Assembly: GCA_963765495.1 (NCBI GenBank)
Contig: CAVXWP010000001.1
Coordinates: forward strand, 704,001 to 768,000
From: Blastocatellia bacterium
GTDB lineage: Bacteria > Acidobacteriota > Blastocatellia > UBA7656
Length of the DNA stretch: 64,000 nucleotides
Direction: 5' to 3'
Shown here: positions 60,853 to 64,000 of the stretch, in pieces
Position numbering within the stretch: the first letter of the stretch is position 1
How the letters are laid out: every line of letters begins with the position of its first letter
Program-made: the position numbers and the translations under genes
Notes under the pieces: generated by a model
The model's input: the letters and a program-made list of their open reading frames with translations, nothing else
What the model was told of the DNA's origin: nothing
Database searches by the model: none

Positions 60853-62340
60853 ATGAAAGATTCGCTTTACATCGCGGTTGATCTCGGCGCAGGGAGTGGA
60901 CGTGTCTTTCTGGGCGGGGTCGAGGAGGGTGAGTTTCTGCTTGAGGAGGTGCGCCGGTTTTACTATCCGGCAAGGCATTTGGCCGGGCATCTTCGATGGA
61001 ATCTGAGCCGGATACTCGACGAGATAAAGACGGGTTTGCGCGAAGCGGGCGAACGGGCGCGGCGGCTCGGTCGGTTTATTCTGAGCATAGGGGTTGATAG
61101 CTGGGGCGTTGATTACGGGCTAGTTGACGACGCGGGCCGCCTCATCGAAGACCCCGTCTGTTACAGAGACGAGCGGACACAGAAGGTCGCGGAGAAGGTC
61201 TTTGCAATTATGGGCCGCGAGGAAATCTTTAACCGCACCGGCATTCAGTTTTTAAACTTCAACACGCTGTTTCAACTCTACGCCCACGCGCAAGATGAAA
61301 TCCCTCCGGCTGCCGCGAGGCTGCTTTTGATCCCCGATCTGATCAACTTCTTTCTCACCGGGCGAGCCGCTACCGAGTACACGAACGCCACTACGACGCA
61401 GATGATCAATGCCCGGACGGGGACGTGGGATCGCGAAATGCTCGAACGCCTGGGCTTGCCCACAGGGTTAATGACAGAGATAGTTTCTGCGGGCACATAT
61501 CTCGGGCCGCTTGAGCCTGCGCTTGCTCGTGAGCTTTGCCTCGACGGCGCGCAGGTAGTGGCTACGGCTACGCACGATACGGCGAGCGCAGTCGCGGGCG
61601 CGCCGCTCGAAGCCGGGTGGGCTTATATATCTTCCGGGACGTGGTCTCTGATAGGTGTGGAGCGCGAGAGCGCGCTCATCAACTCCGATGTAGCGCGTCA
61701 CAACTTCACCAATGAAGGCGGCGTGTTTGGAGGGTTCCGCTTTCTCAAGAATGTCTGCGGGCTGTGGATTCTTGAATCCTGTCGAAAGGAGTGGGAAACG
61801 CGCGGCCTCGATGTAGACTATGACATGCTCTTGAAACAGATCGAGACAAAAGGTGATTCTGTGGGCTTGATTTATCCCGATGATCCGCGTTTCTTCAATC
61901 CGCCGAGTATGCTTCGGGCGATAGCCGCACATCTTGGCGAAAGCGATCAACCTGTCCCCACGGAGCCGCCCTCGGTCGCCAGAATGATTCTCGATTCGCT
62001 CGCTTTGCGATACGGGTCCGTGCTTCGCGCTGTCGAATCGCTTACGAAAGAAAAGATCGCCGGAGTTCATATAGTCGGCGGGGGCAGTCGGAACGATTAT
62101 CTGAATCAGGCAACCGCAGATGTCACCGGGCTGCCGGTGCTGGCCGGGCCGGTGGAAGCAACCGTCACGGGTAATCTGCTGGTTCAGGCCATTGCCTCGG
62201 GCCGCTTTCGATCACTCCGAGAGGCGCGGCGGCATGTGGCTGAAAACATCCGGCTCAGAAAATTCATGCCGCACCCTTCAATCGAATGGCAGGAAACCAT
62301 CCGGCGATACGCAGGTCTCGAAGCGCGCTACGGGAATTGA
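60853..62340 (+). CDS. rhaB: Rhamnulokinase
   Basis: AVDLGAGSGR, GVDSWGVDYG, YRDERT, HDTASA, SSGTWSL, FTNEGG, GPVEAT. Confidence 0.93.
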   Translation: MKDSLYIAVDLGAGSGRVFLGGVEEGEFLLEEVRRFYYPARHLAGHLRWNLSRILDEIKTGLREAGERARRLGRFILSIGVDSWGVDYGLVDDAGRLIEDPVCYRDERTQKVAEKVFAIMGREEIFNRTGIQFLNFNTLFQLYAHAQDEIPPAAARLLLIPDLINFFLTGRAATEYTNATTTQMINARTGTWDREMLERLGLPTGLMTEIVSAGTYLGPLEPALARELCLDGAQVVATATHDTASAVAGAPLEAGWAYISSGTWSLIGVERESALINSDVARHNFTNEGGVFGGFRFLKNVCGLWILESCRKEWETRGLDVDYDMLLKQIETKGDSVGLIYPDDPRFFNPPSMLRAIAAHLGESDQPVPTEPPSVARMILDSLALRYGSVLRAVESLTKEKIAGVHIVGGGSRNDYLNQATADVTGLPVLAGPVEATVTGNLLVQAIASGRFRSLREARRHVAENIRLRKFMPHPSIEWQETIRRYAGLEARYGN

Positions 62341-62350
62341 CGCGAAATCT

Positions 62351-63079
62351 ATGCGAGTATCTCTATTCATCACATGCCTGATTGACCAGTTGTGGCCGGA
62401 GATAGGCACGTGCGCGGTCGAGGTATTGAGACGCGCCGGATGCGAGGTTGTCTTTGATCGCAGGCAAACCTGTTGTGGTCAGCCTGCATTCAACACTGGT
62501 TACAGAAGCGAGGCGCGAAAGCTTGCCCGCCGATTTATTGAAATCTTTGAAGAGGCCGACGCGGAGTCAATCGTCTGCCCGTCAGGTTCGTGCGCGGCGA
62601 TGGCGCATCACTTTGAGGAACTCTTTCCAGATGACCAGGAATGGCGCAATCGCGCGCGGGCACTTGCGGAGCGCACTCACGAATTCGGTTCCTTTTTAGT
62701 CAACGTGCTTGGCATCGAAGATGTCGGGGCAAGCTTTCGCGGGCGTGTGACGTGGCACGATGCCTGTCACGGCTTGCGCGATCTGAATATTCACAGCGAG
62801 CCGCGCCGTCTGATTCAGAACGTGCGCGGGGTGGAATTTGTCGAGATGGCGAATGCGGATGCCTGCTGCGGCTTCGGTGGAACTTTTTCTGTGAAGTACC
62901 CGGAGATTTCCGTCGCCATCCTCGATACTAAGATTGATTCAATCGAGAAGACGGGAGTAAGAGCCGTAATCTCAGGCGATGCGAGTTGCTTGATGCAGAT
63001 CGGCGGTCGCCTGACCCGAAAGAAATCTCAGGTCAGGGTAATGCACCTGGCCGAATTGCTCGCTTCACGGGAAGAATAG
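62351..63079 (+). CDS. lutA: L-lactate utilisation protein LutA/LldE (CCG-domain Fe-S protein)
   Basis: MRVSLFITCLIDQ, QTCCGQPAFNTG, HDACH, CCGFGGTFSVK. Confidence 0.9.
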   Translation: MRVSLFITCLIDQLWPEIGTCAVEVLRRAGCEVVFDRRQTCCGQPAFNTGYRSEARKLARRFIEIFEEADAESIVCPSGSCAAMAHHFEELFPDDQEWRNRARALAERTHEFGSFLVNVLGIEDVGASFRGRVTWHDACHGLRDLNIHSEPRRLIQNVRGVEFVEMANADACCGFGGTFSVKYPEISVAILDTKIDSIEKTGVRAVISGDASCLMQIGGRLTRKKSQVRVMHLAELLASREE

Positions 63080-63207
63080 TATGCAGTAGGCAGTTCGGAA
63101 TAACCCGACAAATTGCGCTAAAGCGAGCAAGCCAGAGGCAGGGAGCCGGGTATTGATATGAATAGTTGGTTCCCGGCTCCGAACTGCCTACTGCCTACTG
63201 CCTACTG
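63077..63207. repeat. Inverted heptamer arrays (GCAGTAG)n ... (CTGCCTA)n between lutA and lutB
   Basis: AGTATGCAGTAGGCAGTTCGGA pairs with TCCGAACTGCCTACTGCCTACTGCCTACTG. Confidence 0.75.
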
Positions 63208-63210
63208 AAT

Positions 63211-64000
63211 ATGGAACATCAAACATCAGAAACCTTCGATCAGAATGCGCGCCGGGCGCTCAAGGATGACCAACTGCGCGGCGCGTTGCGTAATCTTGTT
63301 TCTACGTTTGGAGAACGCCGAAAAGCGGCTATCTCGACCGTTGATGACTGGGAGGGTTTGCGCGAACGCGCCCGCGCCATCAAAGATGAAACTCTTGCTC
63401 ATCTGGATCATTACCTTGAAACCTTCGCCGACAATGCGGAGCAAGCCGGAGCACAGATTCACTGGGCGCGCGACGGGGCCGAAGCGTGCCGGATCGTCAT
63501 AGGCTTGCTCAAAGAGCGCAACGCTACGCGCATAGTCAAATCCAAAAGCATGGCGACCGAAGAGATTCATCTAAACGCCGCGCTCGAAGCCGAGGGGCTT
63601 GCCCCGGTAGAGACCGACCTCGGCGAATGGATTATTCAACTCGCCGGGGAAACGCCGTCTCATATCGTAGTTCCGGCCATTCATAAATCGAAAAAACAGA
63701 TCGCCGAGTTGTTTGTTGAAAAGGTGGGAATCGCTCCTACCGATGACGTGGCGGAATTGACCGGCGCGGCGCGGCGCACCTTGCGCCGTCGTTTCGCCGA
63801 AGCCGATGTGGGCATCAGCGGGGTCAACTTTGGCGTAGCCGAGACGGGAACCATTCTGATTCTTGAGAATGAGGGAAATATTCGCCTGACTACGAGTTTG
63901 CCAAAAACTCATATCGCGCTCATGGGGATTGAAAAAGTGATTCCGCGTTTTGCTGATCTCGACGTGTTTTTGAAACTGCTGCCGCGCTCGGGGACCGGGC
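63211..64000 (+). CDS. lutB: L-lactate utilisation protein LutB/LldF, 5' part (runs off the window)
   Basis: Manual translation from ATG 63211 gives MEHQTSETF...VKSKSMATEEI...ETDLGEWIIQLAGETPSHIVVPAIH...ENEGNIRL. Confidence 0.9.
   Translation, partial: MEHQTSETFDQNARRALKDDQLRGALRNLVSTFGERRKAAISTVDDWEGLRERARAIKDETLAHLDHYLETFADNAEQAGAQIHWARDGAEACRIVIGLLKERNATRIVKSKSMATEEIHLNAALEAEGLAPVETDLGEWIIQLAGETPSHIVVPAIHKSKKQIAELFVEKVGIAPTDDVAELTGAARRTLRRRFAEADVGISGVNFGVAETGTILILENEGNIRLTTSLPKTHIALMGIEKVIPRFADLDVFLKLLPRSGTG

Overview
A 64-kb chromosomal window from a GC-rich bacterium. The gene content and repeat style suggest Acidobacteriota, possibly Blastocatellia; this is an inference. From left to right: the 5' end of ilvD, an SDR, and a MoaD/ThiS sulfur carrier plus ThrC-like PLP enzyme behind two tandem SAM-II-type riboswitches, each with its own intrinsic terminator. 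Next is a secreted FG-GAP/ASPIC-UnbV/TlpA gene interrupted by an in-frame UGA with a SECIS-like hairpin directly after it (candidate selenoprotein). Then come a Tat-signal small protein plus amidase, a very large Cys-rich secreted protein, a J/PilZ protein, and a Wzx/Wzy-type polysaccharide locus containing a repeat-flanked four-helix-bundle gene. After these are a frameshifted alpha-2-macroglobulin, a REP-carrying MITE, purQL, an M16 protease, nrdJ with NrdR and DnaA boxes, a two-component cluster with a decayed kinase, and an L-rhamnose catabolic operon continuing into lutAB. Intergenic regions and gene ends carry many inverted 7-, 8- and 9-mer tandem-repeat arrays. No rRNA, tRNA, CRISPR array or intact transposase was seen. 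All family calls come from reading motifs by eye, not from database searches.
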